A DNA stretch of 55,963 bases from Caulobacteraceae bacterium (GTDB lineage: Bacteria > Pseudomonadota > Alphaproteobacteria > Caulobacterales > Caulobacteraceae). Positions 18,965 to 29,246 of the stretch are shown here, piece after piece. The position numbers were made by a program, and so were the translations under genes. Location: positions 1 through 55,963 of the forward strand of contig JAIERG010000172.1 in NCBI GenBank assembly GCA_019747095.1. The letters run 5' to 3'. Below the pieces are notes generated by a model. The model was not told the origin of the DNA. It saw nothing but the letters and a program-made list of their open reading frames with translations, and made no database searches. How positions within the stretch are numbered: the first letter of the stretch is position 1; each line of letters starts with the position of its first letter.

Positions 18965-19675
18965 ATGCTTGCCGAGCCGTTAAGCGCCGCCCCCTCGAAC
19001 TCCTTGATTCGCCCCGACGGACGCTCCGTCGAATGGGTCGTCGCCTCGGGCCGCGTCGCCTATGAGGACGCTGTGGCCGAGATGGAGGCCCGGGTCGCCG
19101 CCATCGCCGCGGGCGAGACGTCCGAGCGGGTCTGGCTGCTGGAGCATCCGCCACTCTATACGGCCGGAGTTTCGGCCAGGGACGAGGACCTGCTGGTGCC
19201 GGACCGGTTTCCGGTCCACCGGACAGGGCGCGGCGGCCAGTTCACCTATCATGGCCCAGGCCAGAGGGTGGCCTATGTCATGCTGGACCTGAACCAGAGG
19301 GGCCGGGACGTGCGCGGGTTCGTGCGGGGACTGGAAGACTGGATCGTCGGGGCGCTGGCCGAATTCGGGGTCGATGCGGGGGTACGCGATGGGCGAGTCG
19401 GGGTCTGGGTGGAACGCAAGGGCCCCGGTTGGAGCCGCGAAGACAAGATCGCCGCCATCGGGGTGAAGGTCCGCAAGTGGGTCAGCTTCCACGGCATAAG
19501 CCTGAACGTGGAACCCGACCTGGGCCACTTCGGCGGCATCGTGCCCTGCGGCATCGCCGAGCACGGAGTGACCAGCCTGGTCGACCTGGGCGTTCCTGTG
19601 ACGATGGATGAAGCCGACGCGGCCTTGAAAGCCAGCTTCCTGCGGGTGTTCGGGCCCGTTGAGCAGGTCAGGTAA
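18965..19675 (+). CDS. lipB: Lipoyl(octanoyl) transferase
   Basis: [34 protein letters not shown] and IVPCG. Confidence 0.96.
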   Translation: MLAEPLSAAPSNSLIRPDGRSVEWVVASGRVAYEDAVAEMEARVAAIAAGETSERVWLLEHPPLYTAGVSARDEDLLVPDRFPVHRTGRGGQFTYHGPGQRVAYVMLDLNQRGRDVRGFVRGLEDWIVGALAEFGVDAGVRDGRVGVWVERKGPGWSREDKIAAIGVKVRKWVSFHGISLNVEPDLGHFGGIVPCGIAEHGVTSLVDLGVPVTMDEADAALKASFLRVFGPVEQVR

Positions 19676-19680
19676 AGACG

Positions 19681-20781
19681 TCAGGTCGCTTCACTGCGAC
19701 CCTGAAGACTCGTCTCGAAATCCATGAAGATGTCCATCAATTCCGGCGCGGTTGGCGCGGGCGAGTTGGGTCCGAACCTGAACTTCCAGAAACTGACCAC
19801 GTGCTGGATGGCTCCCAACTGCTCGCCGAGCCGGTTGAAGAGAGACGGAGCCTTCAGCAGGAATTCCCGGAAGATCAGGGGGTCGCCATCCTGGGTGAGA
19901 CCCGCATAGGCCGTGTCATAGATCTGCAGCGTCTCGCGGGTGTCAGAGCGGGCCTTGCGGATCAGCTTGCCCACCACGTCACGGCCCCGGCTGATGTATT
20001 CCTTGGCGTCCTGATCCATCGGACCGATGGCCTTTATGCTTGCGACCTTGGTCATGACGCCGACGAGGTCCTCGGTCATGCTGCCGAGGGTCCACTTGAA
20101 GTAGAGGAACCCTTTCCAGCAGAAGATGCCCTCGTCGTATTCCTCGGGACTAAGGCGCAGGACCTCGCCGAGCGAGTCCATCCGGTCACCGGACGCGTTG
20201 GACAGGATCTTGGCGGCCATGCGGCCGACCGAGTTGGATGACGCCTTTGCTCCGCCCAGACTGAGCTGAACCAGGGGTGTGATCTCGCCCTCGACGAACC
20301 GCAGCATCTTCTGCATGTCACCCTCACTGATCGCGAAATAGCATGCGGCAGGCGTGATCCCGCCCCGTTGCAACTGTTCACGCAACAGGAAGGGATCCAG
20401 CGAGGGCAGATCGTCGATGAGTTTGAGCGTTCTGTAGTCGGGGTGATCGGGCGTGATGCCGAAAACCTCCTTCAGGATCGCGAGGTGGTTGATCTGGTTG
20501 AAGAAGACGTAGCGACCACCGGCTTTCAGCTCGCGACTGTCGATCGGCAGGAGGATCTTGGTGCCGACCCGTCGTGAGCCCCGAAACAGGTCGGTCTCGT
20601 TGCGTCGCAGACGATGCTTGATCAGCAGCGCGCGGTTCAGACCGGGCGTCTGGAAGAGGGGCTGCTCGCGCCATGCTTGGGTATGGCCGTGCAGCTTGGC
20701 CACATGGGACAGGTTCAGCACCCGCGCGGTCGAGGCGGACCGCTCGAGGAATTCCAGACTTCGAATGGCACGATCAGACAT
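19681..20781 (-). CDS. Hypothetical protein (about 366 aa)
   Basis: Long ORF with globular, protein-like composition (e.g. LPSLDPFLLRE, WKGFLYFKW); function not recognised. Confidence 0.75.
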   Translation of the reverse strand: MSDRAIRSLEFLERSASTARVLNLSHVAKLHGHTQAWREQPLFQTPGLNRALLIKHRLRRNETDLFRGSRRVGTKILLPIDSRELKAGGRYVFFNQINHLAILKEVFGITPDHPDYRTLKLIDDLPSLDPFLLREQLQRGGITPAACYFAISEGDMQKMLRFVEGEITPLVQLSLGGAKASSNSVGRMAAKILSNASGDRMDSLGEVLRLSPEEYDEGIFCWKGFLYFKWTLGSMTEDLVGVMTKVASIKAIGPMDQDAKEYISRGRDVVGKLIRKARSDTRETLQIYDTAYAGLTQDGDPLIFREFLLKAPSLFNRLGEQLGAIQHVVSFWKFRFGPNSPAPTAPELMDIFMDFETSLQGRSEAT

Positions 20782-20966
20782 GCCGACCCACAAACCGCGA
20801 ACAAGAGCCCCTGCCTTCAACCACAGGAGGCTTCCGGAGCCTTAACGTCGAACGCAGACGCGAAGAAACTTATGATCGCACGCGGTTTTCCGCAGGGGCG
20901 ACAACAAATACAGCTCGACGCCCCCTGAAGCGGTGGGCCATCTCACGACTGAATCGATCAGGGAAA

Positions 20967-21041
20967 TGGTGGATGCGACAGGGATTGAACCTGTGACCCC
21001 CTCGGTGTGAACGAGGTGCTCTCCCGCTGAGCTACGCATCC
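20967..21041 (-). tRNA. tRNA-Val(CAC)
   Basis: GGATGCG acceptor stem, CCTCG-TTCACAC-CGAGG anticodon arm, GGTTCAA T-loop, encoded CCA. Confidence 0.97.
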
Positions 21042-21164
21042 ATCTCTCGGGGAGGCGGGGACATAGCTCGCTCGATCCGAGGTGGCAAGCGGATCATCGA
21101 CTTCCAAGGAATAGCCCCCTTCCCTTCCGGTTCCGCCTCCGCTATCAGCGCGCCTCCGATGCGA

Positions 21165-21249
21165 GCGGTCGTGGCGGAATTGGTAGACGCGCAGCGTTGA
21201 GGTCGCTGTGGGGCAACCCGTGGAAGTTCGAGTCTTCTCGACCGCACCA
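21165..21249 (+). tRNA. tRNA-Leu(GAG)
   Basis: GCGGTCG acceptor stem, CAGCG-TTGAGGT-CGCTG anticodon arm, long variable arm, GTTCGA, CCA. Confidence 0.97.
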
Positions 21250-21315
21250 TCCGATGTGAACAGGGAAGAGATCGGCGCTACCGGCTGATACATATCGAGA
21301 GAGGGAGGCCTCCGC

Positions 21316-22719
21316 GTGAGCGAACAATCCGCCACTCTCGATCCCCACGTCATCGAAGACCACGAGGCGCTGGACGAGGACTATGTCCTGACCGCTGCCT
21401 TCGTCGAGAAGGTCGTCGACGCAGCCGACGACGGCGATGGCTTGCGCCTGCGCAGCCTGCTGGAAGACCTGCATCCCGCTGACGTCGCCGATCTGATGGG
21501 ATTCCTGACGGCCGAGCATCGCGCGGTCGTGGTGCTGTGGCTGCCGCCGGAGCTGTTGGCCGAGACCCTGCCGGAGCTCGACGACGGTATCCGCGAGGAA
21601 GTGCTGGAGCGGGTGCCGGCCGGCGCACTGGCCGAGGCCCTTCAGGAACTCGATTCCGATGACGCCGCAGCCGTGGTCGAAGACCTGGAAGATGACCAGC
21701 GCGAGAAGGTGCTGGCCGCCATGCCGGCCACCGACCGGGCGGCCATCGAGAGCTCGCTGCAGTATGCCGAGGACACCGCCGGGCGCTTGATGCAGCGCGA
21801 GGTGATGGCCGCGCCGCAGTTCTGGACCGTCGGGGACACCATCGACCACGTGCGGGCCCAGGGCGAGGACCTGCCCGAGCTGTTTTTCGACATCTATGTC
21901 GTGGATCCCCTGAACCGGCCGGTCGGGGGCATTCCGATCAGCGGCCTGTTGCGCGCTGCGCGTTCGGTGAAGCTGGCCGACCTCATGGAGCCGGTGAACG
22001 AGATCGCCGCCGACACCGACCAGGAAGAGGTCGCCTACATCTTCGAGAAGTATCACCTGATCTCGGCGCCGGTTGTGGACGCGGGCGGCCGGCTGGTCGG
22101 GCAGATCACCGTCGACGACATCGTCAACATCATCCAGGAAGAGAACCGCGAGGACATCCTGCGCCTTGCCGGTGTGTCCGATGAGAGCCGGGGCGCGGGT
22201 GTGTTCGGCGTGGTTCGCTCACGCATCCCGTGGCTCCTGGTTAACCTCGGGACTGCAGTCTTCGCCTCGCTTGTCATCGGCCAGTTCGCCGACGAGCTGG
22301 AGGCGCTGGTCTATCTGGCGATCCTGATGCCGATCGTGGCCTCGATCGGCGGCAACGCCGGGACCCAGGCCTTGACGGTGGCGGTGCGCTCGCTGGCGGC
22401 TCGCGAGCTGACGTCGGCCAACACCCCGCGCATCCTCGGGCGCGAAATCATGGTGGGACTGTTCAACGGAACAGCGGTCGGAGCCCTGCTGGCCGGGATC
22501 GCCTGGATATGGTTCGGCGAGCCGCTGCTCTCTCTGACGATTGGACTGGCGGTCATCATCAACCTGTTCGCGGCAGCCCTGGCCGGAACGCTGGTGCCTC
22601 TGGCGCTCGACAGACTGGAGCGGGATCCCGCAGTCTCGTCCCCCGTTTTCGTCAGCTGGATCACCGATACGATCGGATTTCTTTCGTTCCTGGGTCTGGC
22701 GGGCGTGATCCTGTTGTAA
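21316..22719 (+). CDS. mgtE: Magnesium transporter MgtE
   Basis: Acidic N-domain (LHPADVA), CBS pair, R.PWL, GGNAGTQ and DPA..S. Confidence 0.95.
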   Translation: MSEQSATLDPHVIEDHEALDEDYVLTAAFVEKVVDAADDGDGLRLRSLLEDLHPADVADLMGFLTAEHRAVVVLWLPPELLAETLPELDDGIREEVLERVPAGALAEALQELDSDDAAAVVEDLEDDQREKVLAAMPATDRAAIESSLQYAEDTAGRLMQREVMAAPQFWTVGDTIDHVRAQGEDLPELFFDIYVVDPLNRPVGGIPISGLLRAARSVKLADLMEPVNEIAADTDQEEVAYIFEKYHLISAPVVDAGGRLVGQITVDDIVNIIQEENREDILRLAGVSDESRGAGVFGVVRSRIPWLLVNLGTAVFASLVIGQFADELEALVYLAILMPIVASIGGNAGTQALTVAVRSLAARELTSANTPRILGREIMVGLFNGTAVGALLAGIAWIWFGEPLLSLTIGLAVIINLFAAALAGTLVPLALDRLERDPAVSSPVFVSWITDTIGFLSFLGLAGVILL

Positions 22720-22721
22720 GT

Positions 22722-22736
22722 CGGCCCGGTCCTTGC
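22722..22736 (+). promoter_or_regulatory. Sigma54 promoter of spmX
   Basis: CGGCCCGGTCCTTGC fits GG-N10-GC; spmX is TacA/sigma54-dependent in Caulobacter. Confidence 0.7.
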
Positions 22737-22788
22737 GCCGTCGTGCCCGAGGCCAAGCCGTCCTGTCTCGTTTTGGGTCAATTGTCCG

Positions 22789-24465
22789 GTGTCCGACGCA
22801 GTCCAGCCCATGAAGAAGGTCTCCCGGGAGGGGATCGTCCTCATCAAGAGTTTCGAGGGTTTTCGGCCCCGCTCGGTCGCGCGGCCCGAAGGCGGCTGGA
22901 TCATCGGCTATGGGCACACCCTGTCGGCGCGCGAAGGCGCGACGGTGTCCGAAGCCGATGCCGAGCTGTTGCTCCGCTATGACCTTCTTCAGATCGAGAA
23001 GCGCCTGAACGAGACGGCGGCCGATCGGTTGAACCAGCACCAGTTCGATGCCCTGGTCAGCTTTGCCTTTTCCGTGGGGCTTGAGGCGTTCGAGGCGTCC
23101 GACGTCCTTTCGAAGCTGTCCGCCGGGGAGGCGAGCGCGGCCGCCGAAGCTATGCTTGGGTGGCCTGAGACGCGCAGTCCATCAGCAGGCGCGCGGCGTC
23201 GCACCGCCGAACGCGCATTGTTCACGGCAGACCCGAGCCGGCCGGTCGCGCTGGCCGAGCTGCTGGCCGCGCCGGTCGCGGAACAGTCGACGATGGTTGC
23301 GCATGAAGCTCCGGTCGAGGCCGCAGAGCCGCTGGCTGACAAGGCCGCGCCGATAGAACCGACCGATCGGACGGAGCCTTCGGCCGCAGCGGCCGAAACC
23401 TCGCTGGGGGAGCGAACCCTCGAGGACCGCGTGGCGCAAGCCGAGCCCGCGCCGGTCGAGCCGCTGGTCGCGGCCGTCGCCGCCCTTCTCGGGGAGATGG
23501 ACGGAACGCCGGTCGGACCAGCCGCTGCGCCGATCGTGCCGACGTTTGAGGCCCCCTCCATTCCGGCTCCCTCTGCGCCAGAGCGCGCGGAAGTGACCGC
23601 GGAGGCTGTCGTACCGGTCGAGCCCTCTGCGACTGCTGATGCCGACATATCCGTGCACGCCGAGGCCCCTGCCGAAGTCGAGCATGCGGTCAAGGTCGAA
23701 GCACCCGTCGAAGTCGAGGCCACAGGATTGGCCGAGGCGACGTCGACCGGAGTCGAACCCGAACCTCACGACGAACGTCATGCAGCGGCCAACTCGGTCG
23801 AACCGGCTATTGCATCTGAGCCTGTCGTTCCTGCTGCCAAACCCGACGCGTCAGCGGTCGCTGAACCCGTCCTGGAGGTCGCCGCTGAGGTGCCGTCGGA
23901 AGCCCTTGCTGTCGGCATGGTTGGCGAGAGGTCTGTTTCGACCATAGCGCTCAACGCCCAGCGGTATTCGCCCTATGGCGCGCCGATCATCGGTCCCCTG
24001 CCATTCCTGGCCCCGGCGGAACCGGCAGAGCCAACCGAGGCAACGGAAACCGCCGAGAGCCTGGTCCTGACGTCACCCGAGGATGCCCCGGCCCCGCTGG
24101 TGGTCCGTCCCGCCTGGACCGCCGAAGAGCGCGCCGAGGTTGATGCCGCTCCAGCCGGCGAAAGCCTGTTCGGCGAGGATCTGAGCCTGACCCAGGGTGG
24201 TCAGCCCCTCGGCCGTCCCGACTTCGAGCCCGAGGCTCCGGAGCGATTCGACTGGAGCGAGACCGGGGCTTTCGTCGTCATGGGCGCAGTGGGTTTGACC
24301 GCGTTCGGGGCGTCGATGGCCGCCTTCCGGCTGGCCTCCGAACAAGGCGGTGGAGACGAGACCAGCATCATTGGCTGGGTTCTCGCGGTGATCGGTGTCG
24401 CTTGCGTGGGCGTGTCGTCCTTCAATCTGTATCGAAAGTTCGGCCTGGCGGGCAGCGACCGCTAG
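22789..24465 (+). CDS. spmX: Polar development protein SpmX (phage-lysozyme domain, Pro/Ala/Glu-rich linker, 2 TM)
   Basis: IKSFEG...IGYGHT, NQHQFDALVSFAF and RRR.AE..LF; two C-terminal TMs; lies between mgtE and ivd. Confidence 0.9.
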   Translation: MSDAVQPMKKVSREGIVLIKSFEGFRPRSVARPEGGWIIGYGHTLSAREGATVSEADAELLLRYDLLQIEKRLNETAADRLNQHQFDALVSFAFSVGLEAFEASDVLSKLSAGEASAAAEAMLGWPETRSPSAGARRRTAERALFTADPSRPVALAELLAAPVAEQSTMVAHEAPVEAAEPLADKAAPIEPTDRTEPSAAAAETSLGERTLEDRVAQAEPAPVEPLVAAVAALLGEMDGTPVGPAAAPIVPTFEAPSIPAPSAPERAEVTAEAVVPVEPSATADADISVHAEAPAEVEHAVKVEAPVEVEATGLAEATSTGVEPEPHDERHAAANSVEPAIASEPVVPAAKPDASAVAEPVLEVAAEVPSEALAVGMVGERSVSTIALNAQRYSPYGAPIIGPLPFLAPAEPAEPTEATETAESLVLTSPEDAPAPLVVRPAWTAEERAEVDAAPAGESLFGEDLSLTQGGQPLGRPDFEPEAPERFDWSETGAFVVMGAVGLTAFGASMAAFRLASEQGGGDETSIIGWVLAVIGVACVGVSSFNLYRKFGLAGSDR

Positions 24466-24507
24466 GCCCCTCCCCTCACCCGCGCGGATCATGCTAGGGC
24501 GCGAGGC

Positions 24508-25668
24508 ATGAGCATCCCCAACGCCCCGCAATCCATGGAATTCGGCCTCGGCGAGACGGCCGACGCCATCCGCGACACCACCGCCCGCTGGGCTGCCGAC
24601 CGGCTGGCGCCGCGCGCTGCCGAGATCGACGAGACCAACACCTTCGCCCGCGACCTGTGGCCCGAGATGGGCGAACTGGGCCTACACGGCATCACGGTCG
24701 AGGAAGAGTGGGGTGGCCTCGGCCTGGGCTATCTCGAACACTGCGTGGCGATGGAGGAGGTGTCGCGCGCCTCGGCCTCGATCGGCCTGAGCTACGGCGC
24801 CCACTCCAACCTGTGCGTCAACCAGATCCGCCGCTGGGGCACCGAAGAGCAGAAGCGCCGGTATCTGCCAAAGCTGATCTCGGGCGAGCACGTCGGGTCG
24901 CTGGCCATGTCCGAGGCCGGATCGGGCTCGGACGTCATGTCGATGAAGACGCGCGCGGAGAAGAAGGGCGATCGCTACGTCCTGAACGGGACCAAGTTCT
25001 GGATCACAAACGCTCCGCACGCCGAGACCCTGGTCGTCTACGCCCGCACCGGTGAAGGCAACGGCGGCGTCACCGCCTTCCTGATCGAGAAGGGAATGAA
25101 GGGGTTCAGCGTCTCCAAGAAGCTGGACAAGATGGGCATGCGCGGGTCGGACACCGCCGAGCTGGTGTTCGAGGACTGCGAAGTGCCGGAAGAGAACGTC
25201 ATGGGCGGCGTCGGCCGCGGCGCAGCGGTGCTGATGAGCGGGCTCGACTATGAGCGTGCGGTACTGGCGGCCGGGCCGCTGGGGATCATGCAGGCAGCGC
25301 TGGACGTGGTTCTTCCTTACGTCCGCGACCGCAAGCAGTTCGGTAAGGCCATCGGGTCGTTCCAGCTGATGCAGGGCAAGGTGGCCGACATGTACGTCGC
25401 CCTGAACTCGGCGCGGGCCTATGTCTATTCGGTCGCCAAGGCGTGCGATCAGGGGCTGACCACGCGATACGACGCAGCAGGCGCGATCCTGCTGGCCAGC
25501 GAGAACGCGGTGAGGGTGACGCTGGAGGCGGTTCAGGCCCTGGGCGGCGCGGGCTACACGAAGGAATGGCCGGTCGAACGCCTGGTGCGCGACGCCAAGC
25601 TGTATGACATCGGTGCCGGCACCAACGAGATCCGTCGGTTCCTGATCGGGCGGGAGTTACTCGGATAA
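24508..25668 (+). CDS. ivd: Isovaleryl-CoA dehydrogenase
   Basis: [31 protein letters not shown] and [10 protein letters not shown]. Confidence 0.93.
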   Translation: MSIPNAPQSMEFGLGETADAIRDTTARWAADRLAPRAAEIDETNTFARDLWPEMGELGLHGITVEEEWGGLGLGYLEHCVAMEEVSRASASIGLSYGAHSNLCVNQIRRWGTEEQKRRYLPKLISGEHVGSLAMSEAGSGSDVMSMKTRAEKKGDRYVLNGTKFWITNAPHAETLVVYARTGEGNGGVTAFLIEKGMKGFSVSKKLDKMGMRGSDTAELVFEDCEVPEENVMGGVGRGAAVLMSGLDYERAVLAAGPLGIMQAALDVVLPYVRDRKQFGKAIGSFQLMQGKVADMYVALNSARAYVYSVAKACDQGLTTRYDAAGAILLASENAVRVTLEAVQALGGAGYTKEWPVERLVRDAKLYDIGAGTNEIRRFLIGRELLG

Positions 25669-26501
25669 TGGCCGCTTCCGCCCAGCCTTGGCTGACCACC
25701 GAACGGTTCGGTGCGGGTCGTGGCTGGCGGGTCAGCCTGGCGCGCGACGCCTTCGCGCTATGCATCATGACAGCCGCTTACTTCGGCCTGTTTGTCCTGA
25801 CGCGAGACGCCCCCTTTATCGAAATTGTCCAAGCGACGTTGAGGAACGTCGTATCGCTCGCGCTGGTCGCGGTCCTTGCACGGCCCTGGATCCGCAGGGC
25901 GCTGGGTCTGACCGTGCGTTTGCAGTTTATCGCGCACGCTGGAATGGCTTTTGCCTTCTCGTTTTTCTGGCTCTGGGTTCTGACAGTGACGGGCGCACTC
26001 CTCGGGGCCGCGTCGGTCATGCGCTTCGTGGTGAACCCGTTCCTGTTCGGTGCTGCCGCTGAGTGGCAGATGTTTCAGGGCTTGTTCGTCTACGGCCTGC
26101 TGGCCTGCCTCGTGGCACTCGACATGCGGCCTGCGCGCGGTGGGGTCATCGTGCTCACAGCGGATGAAGCAGCGGGGGCTGCGCGCTTCCTCGTCCGTGA
26201 TGGGGAAGATATCCGTCCTCTTGCGATGGACCAGCTGGTCGTAGTGCGCGGTGCAGACGACTATTCCGAACTGGTCACTGTGGACGGCGACCGCCTGGTT
26301 CAGACCCGGCTGGCCGAGTTCGAACGGATGCTCGATCCCGCCCGCTTTGTGCGTGTCCACCGCTCTGCCATCGTCAACCTGGATCGTATGGTGAGGGCTG
26401 AGCCGGCGGGCGGAGGACGGCTGTTGATCCACATGGAGGCCGGACCGACGGTTCATGCCAGCCGGGCGGGTGCCCGCGCCCTGAAAGACCGGACGCTCTG
26501 A
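25668..26501 (+). CDS. Membrane-anchored LytTR-domain regulator
   Basis: Four N-terminal TMs; C-terminal GADDY...FVRVHRSAIVN...SR. Confidence 0.88.
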   Translation: MAASAQPWLTTERFGAGRGWRVSLARDAFALCIMTAAYFGLFVLTRDAPFIEIVQATLRNVVSLALVAVLARPWIRRALGLTVRLQFIAHAGMAFAFSFFWLWVLTVTGALLGAASVMRFVVNPFLFGAAAEWQMFQGLFVYGLLACLVALDMRPARGGVIVLTADEAAGAARFLVRDGEDIRPLAMDQLVVVRGADDYSELVTVDGDRLVQTRLAEFERMLDPARFVRVHRSAIVNLDRMVRAEPAGGGRLLIHMEAGPTVHASRAGARALKDRTL

Positions 26502-26504
26502 GCG

Positions 26505-26540
26505 CCATTTACCGAAACGGCGATGTCCGTTGGCCGAAAC
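26505..26540 (+). promoter_or_regulatory. LytTR-type direct-repeat operator
   Basis: CCATTTACCGAAAC and CCGTTGGCCGAAAC, 22-bp period, upstream of the amidohydrolase. Confidence 0.65.
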
Positions 26541-26599
26541 TTGCCTCCAAGCGAACGGTCGCGCCCTAAGGAGGGTCTCAAGCAAAGGGAAGCGCATCA

Positions 26600-27871
26600 A
26601 TGAGACGGGCAGCTTGGATGATACTGGCGTGGGCGTTCGCCAGCGGCGCAGCAGCGCAGACGCCTGGCGAAGCTCTCTACCATGGCGCCCAGGTCTGGAC
26701 GGGTCAGGGCTTTGCATCCCGGGACCTCGCGGTTCGAGGCGATCGCATCGTGGACGCCAACGAACTCGGGCCGAATGCAGCACGTGTGGATGTCACTGGC
26801 CGCTGGCTGACGCCCGCCTACGCCAACGCCCATGCGCACATAACCAACGCAAATCTCGAAACCAGCCAAGTCTTCACCGACAGCGGCGTCTTCTATGTCT
26901 GGAACCCGGGAACAATCGTTCTGACGGCGGAAGACAAAGCCTTTTTCACACGGTCGGACGTCTATGATGTCCGGATCGCACAAGGAGCCATCACCGAACC
27001 CGGCGGCCATCCAGAGCGACTGTATGTCGAAATCCTGTCGCCGTATGTCTATGGCGGGCGACCGCTGGAGTGGTTCATTGGAAACGCTTTCCACTATGGC
27101 ACGACGCCCGCGGAGATCGACGCGGCCCTGGACCTGCTGGTCTCCCAGGGCGCGGACTTCGTGAAAGCCATGCTCCTGAACTCGGAGCGCTATGAGACAC
27201 TCAGGGACGACCCGGAAGCTTATGGAAACAAGGGTCTGAACCCGGAAAACTTTCCCTATCTGGTCCGGGCCGCTCACGCACGCGGTCTCATGGTCGCCGT
27301 CCATGTCGAGACTGCCCATGATCTGGTGGTGGCGGCGAGCGCCGGCGCCGATGTCGCGGCCCACCTGCCAGGTTACGGCGGTGGGGAGGGCGAAGCGCTG
27401 GAACGGATGCGGATTACGCCCGAGCAGGCGCTGATCATCGCCCAATCGGGTATGCGGGTCACACCGACCTACAGCGTCATCCTGGGCCTCGCCTACGACG
27501 ACGATGGCGTGATGAAGCCAGGGTACATCGAGCAGATGGCGCTTCAGGGGGACAATCTGAGGGTTCTGCGCGACGCGGGTGTGCCGGTCTTGATCGGAAC
27601 AGACGGCCGTGGCCCGATCTTCCCGGAGGCCGAGCACATCGTCGAGCTCGGTGTCGCTTCGCCGGAAGAAGTCACACGTATGGTTCTGGAAACCGCGCCT
27701 GTCCTGTTCCCGGAGCGGCGCATCGGCTGCCTCGACGCCGGTTGCGAGGCCGATTTCCTGGTTCTGGACGCAGATCCGACGGTCGATATCGCGGCGTTGA
27801 GGCAGATCAACCGGAGGATCATGCAAGGTCATGAGCTTGCGACAGCTTTGTCGTCACCGAACAGACCGTGA
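26600..27871 (+). CDS. Secreted amidohydrolase-family protein
   Basis: Signal peptide, NAHAH (HxH), FVK, VAVH, IGTD and G.L..G..ADFLVL..DP. Confidence 0.85.
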   Translation: MRRAAWMILAWAFASGAAAQTPGEALYHGAQVWTGQGFASRDLAVRGDRIVDANELGPNAARVDVTGRWLTPAYANAHAHITNANLETSQVFTDSGVFYVWNPGTIVLTAEDKAFFTRSDVYDVRIAQGAITEPGGHPERLYVEILSPYVYGGRPLEWFIGNAFHYGTTPAEIDAALDLLVSQGADFVKAMLLNSERYETLRDDPEAYGNKGLNPENFPYLVRAAHARGLMVAVHVETAHDLVVAASAGADVAAHLPGYGGGEGEALERMRITPEQALIIAQSGMRVTPTYSVILGLAYDDDGVMKPGYIEQMALQGDNLRVLRDAGVPVLIGTDGRGPIFPEAEHIVELGVASPEEVTRMVLETAPVLFPERRIGCLDAGCEADFLVLDADPTVDIAALRQINRRIMQGHELATALSSPNRP

Positions 27872-27917
27872 GAATCACGCGACCATCGACTAACGACGGC
27901 ACATGGGGAGGTCTGTC

Positions 27918-28349
27918 ATGGCAAAACGACTTGGCTTGATCATCGTCGTCCTCATGCTCACAGGCTGCGTCAGCGTGGACGTGGAGAGGCTCGAGACCCG
28001 AGGGGATGCCGTTTGCGCGGCAGGACTGTCGCCGACTCCCGTCGCCCATCTCTATTTCGGTCGGTACATCGGCGGGACACTGGGAGTGTCGGACGCCGAC
28101 TGGCAGGACTTCGTGGATCGCGAGATCACGCCGCGCTTTCCCAACGGCTTGAGCGTCGCTGACGTCTCGGGCCAGTGGCGCGGACCCGACGGCGTGATTG
28201 TGCGCGAGCCCTCGAAGTCGGTCATGGTCGTGCTGTCGGGCGCCGAGAGCGATCCCGCCGCGCTGGATGCGATCCGCACCGCCTATGTCGACCGCTTCGA
28301 CCAGGATGCGGTCATGCTGATCCAGCAGACCGTCTGCGTCGGATTCTAG
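27918..28349 (+). CDS. DUF3574-family lipoprotein
   Basis: Lipobox LTGC; LYFGR, F...ITPRFP.GLSV, GQW, E.SK and F.QDAV. Confidence 0.8.
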   Translation: MAKRLGLIIVVLMLTGCVSVDVERLETRGDAVCAAGLSPTPVAHLYFGRYIGGTLGVSDADWQDFVDREITPRFPNGLSVADVSGQWRGPDGVIVREPSKSVMVVLSGAESDPAALDAIRTAYVDRFDQDAVMLIQQTVCVGF

Positions 28350-28487
28350 CCCCGGCCGCGAGGCCGGAGGAGCGCTGCGGCGTCTTGCCCGGTTTCGTCA
28401 GGATCGTCTCGCCTTGCGGAATGTTAAGTGGCGCAGGGTAACGCTCGCCCCTAGATCACGGCCCTATCCCGCCCGGACCCGTCGCCG

Positions 28488-29150
28488 ATGCCCGACTACG
28501 ACTATCAGAGCGACCGACGCCGGTTCTCCGAAGTGCTCGAGGACATCGGGGCCAAGGACGACGAGAAGCTGTATCTCGGCGAGCTGGTTAACGCGTTCGG
28601 CGAGCGCGGTTTTGGCGCACTGATGGTGTTCTTCGGCCTGGTCAACGCCATTGCCTCGCCGATCCCCGGAACGACAACGGTTCTGGGCGCGCCCATGCTG
28701 CTGATCTGCCTGCAGCTGGCGACACGGCGCGACCAGCTGTGGATGCCGAAATGGGCGCTGAAATCCAGCCTGCCGCGCCAGAACTATCGCGAAGTCGTCG
28801 ACAAGGTGCGAAAGCCCCTGACCATGATCGAGCGGCTGTCCAAGCCGCGCCTGGGGTTTATGTCCAGCGAGGTCGCCGAGGTCCTGATCGGTGTCACCTG
28901 CTGCCTTCTGACGGTCATCGTCATGCTGCCGATCTTCGGGGGCAATCTGTTTCCGTCCCTGTTCGTCGCCCTTTTCGGCTTTGGGCTGATGCAGCGGGAC
29001 GGGGTGGCGATCGGGGTGGCCTGGATCGGTGTCGCGGGGTTCTGCGTCTTCGTCTGGCTGGCGTGGGAGGTGATCTCGCGCCTGTTCCTGGCCAGCGCGG
29101 GCCTGTGGTCGGGGGCCTGGCAATGGGTCGCCGGCCTGTTCGGTGGCTGA
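28488..29150 (+). CDS. exoD: Exopolysaccharide synthesis protein ExoD family
   Basis: FGERGFG, PIPG, LWMPKW, KPRL, N.FP and RDG. Confidence 0.88.
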   Translation: MPDYDYQSDRRRFSEVLEDIGAKDDEKLYLGELVNAFGERGFGALMVFFGLVNAIASPIPGTTTVLGAPMLLICLQLATRRDQLWMPKWALKSSLPRQNYREVVDKVRKPLTMIERLSKPRLGFMSSEVAEVLIGVTCCLLTVIVMLPIFGGNLFPSLFVALFGFGLMQRDGVAIGVAWIGVAGFCVFVWLAWEVISRLFLASAGLWSGAWQWVAGLFGG

Positions 29151-29246
29151 CCCTACGCGCTCAATCAGCGAGGCTCCGCAAGCCGAGCGGTAGCGCCACA
29201 AACCTGCGCTCAAGCAGCGAGACGCCGCGCGTCGAGCGGCAGCCCA

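Noticed and set aside
22789-23250. Prophage endolysin
   Set aside because: Domain layout and mgtE/ivd synteny identify the host gene spmX.
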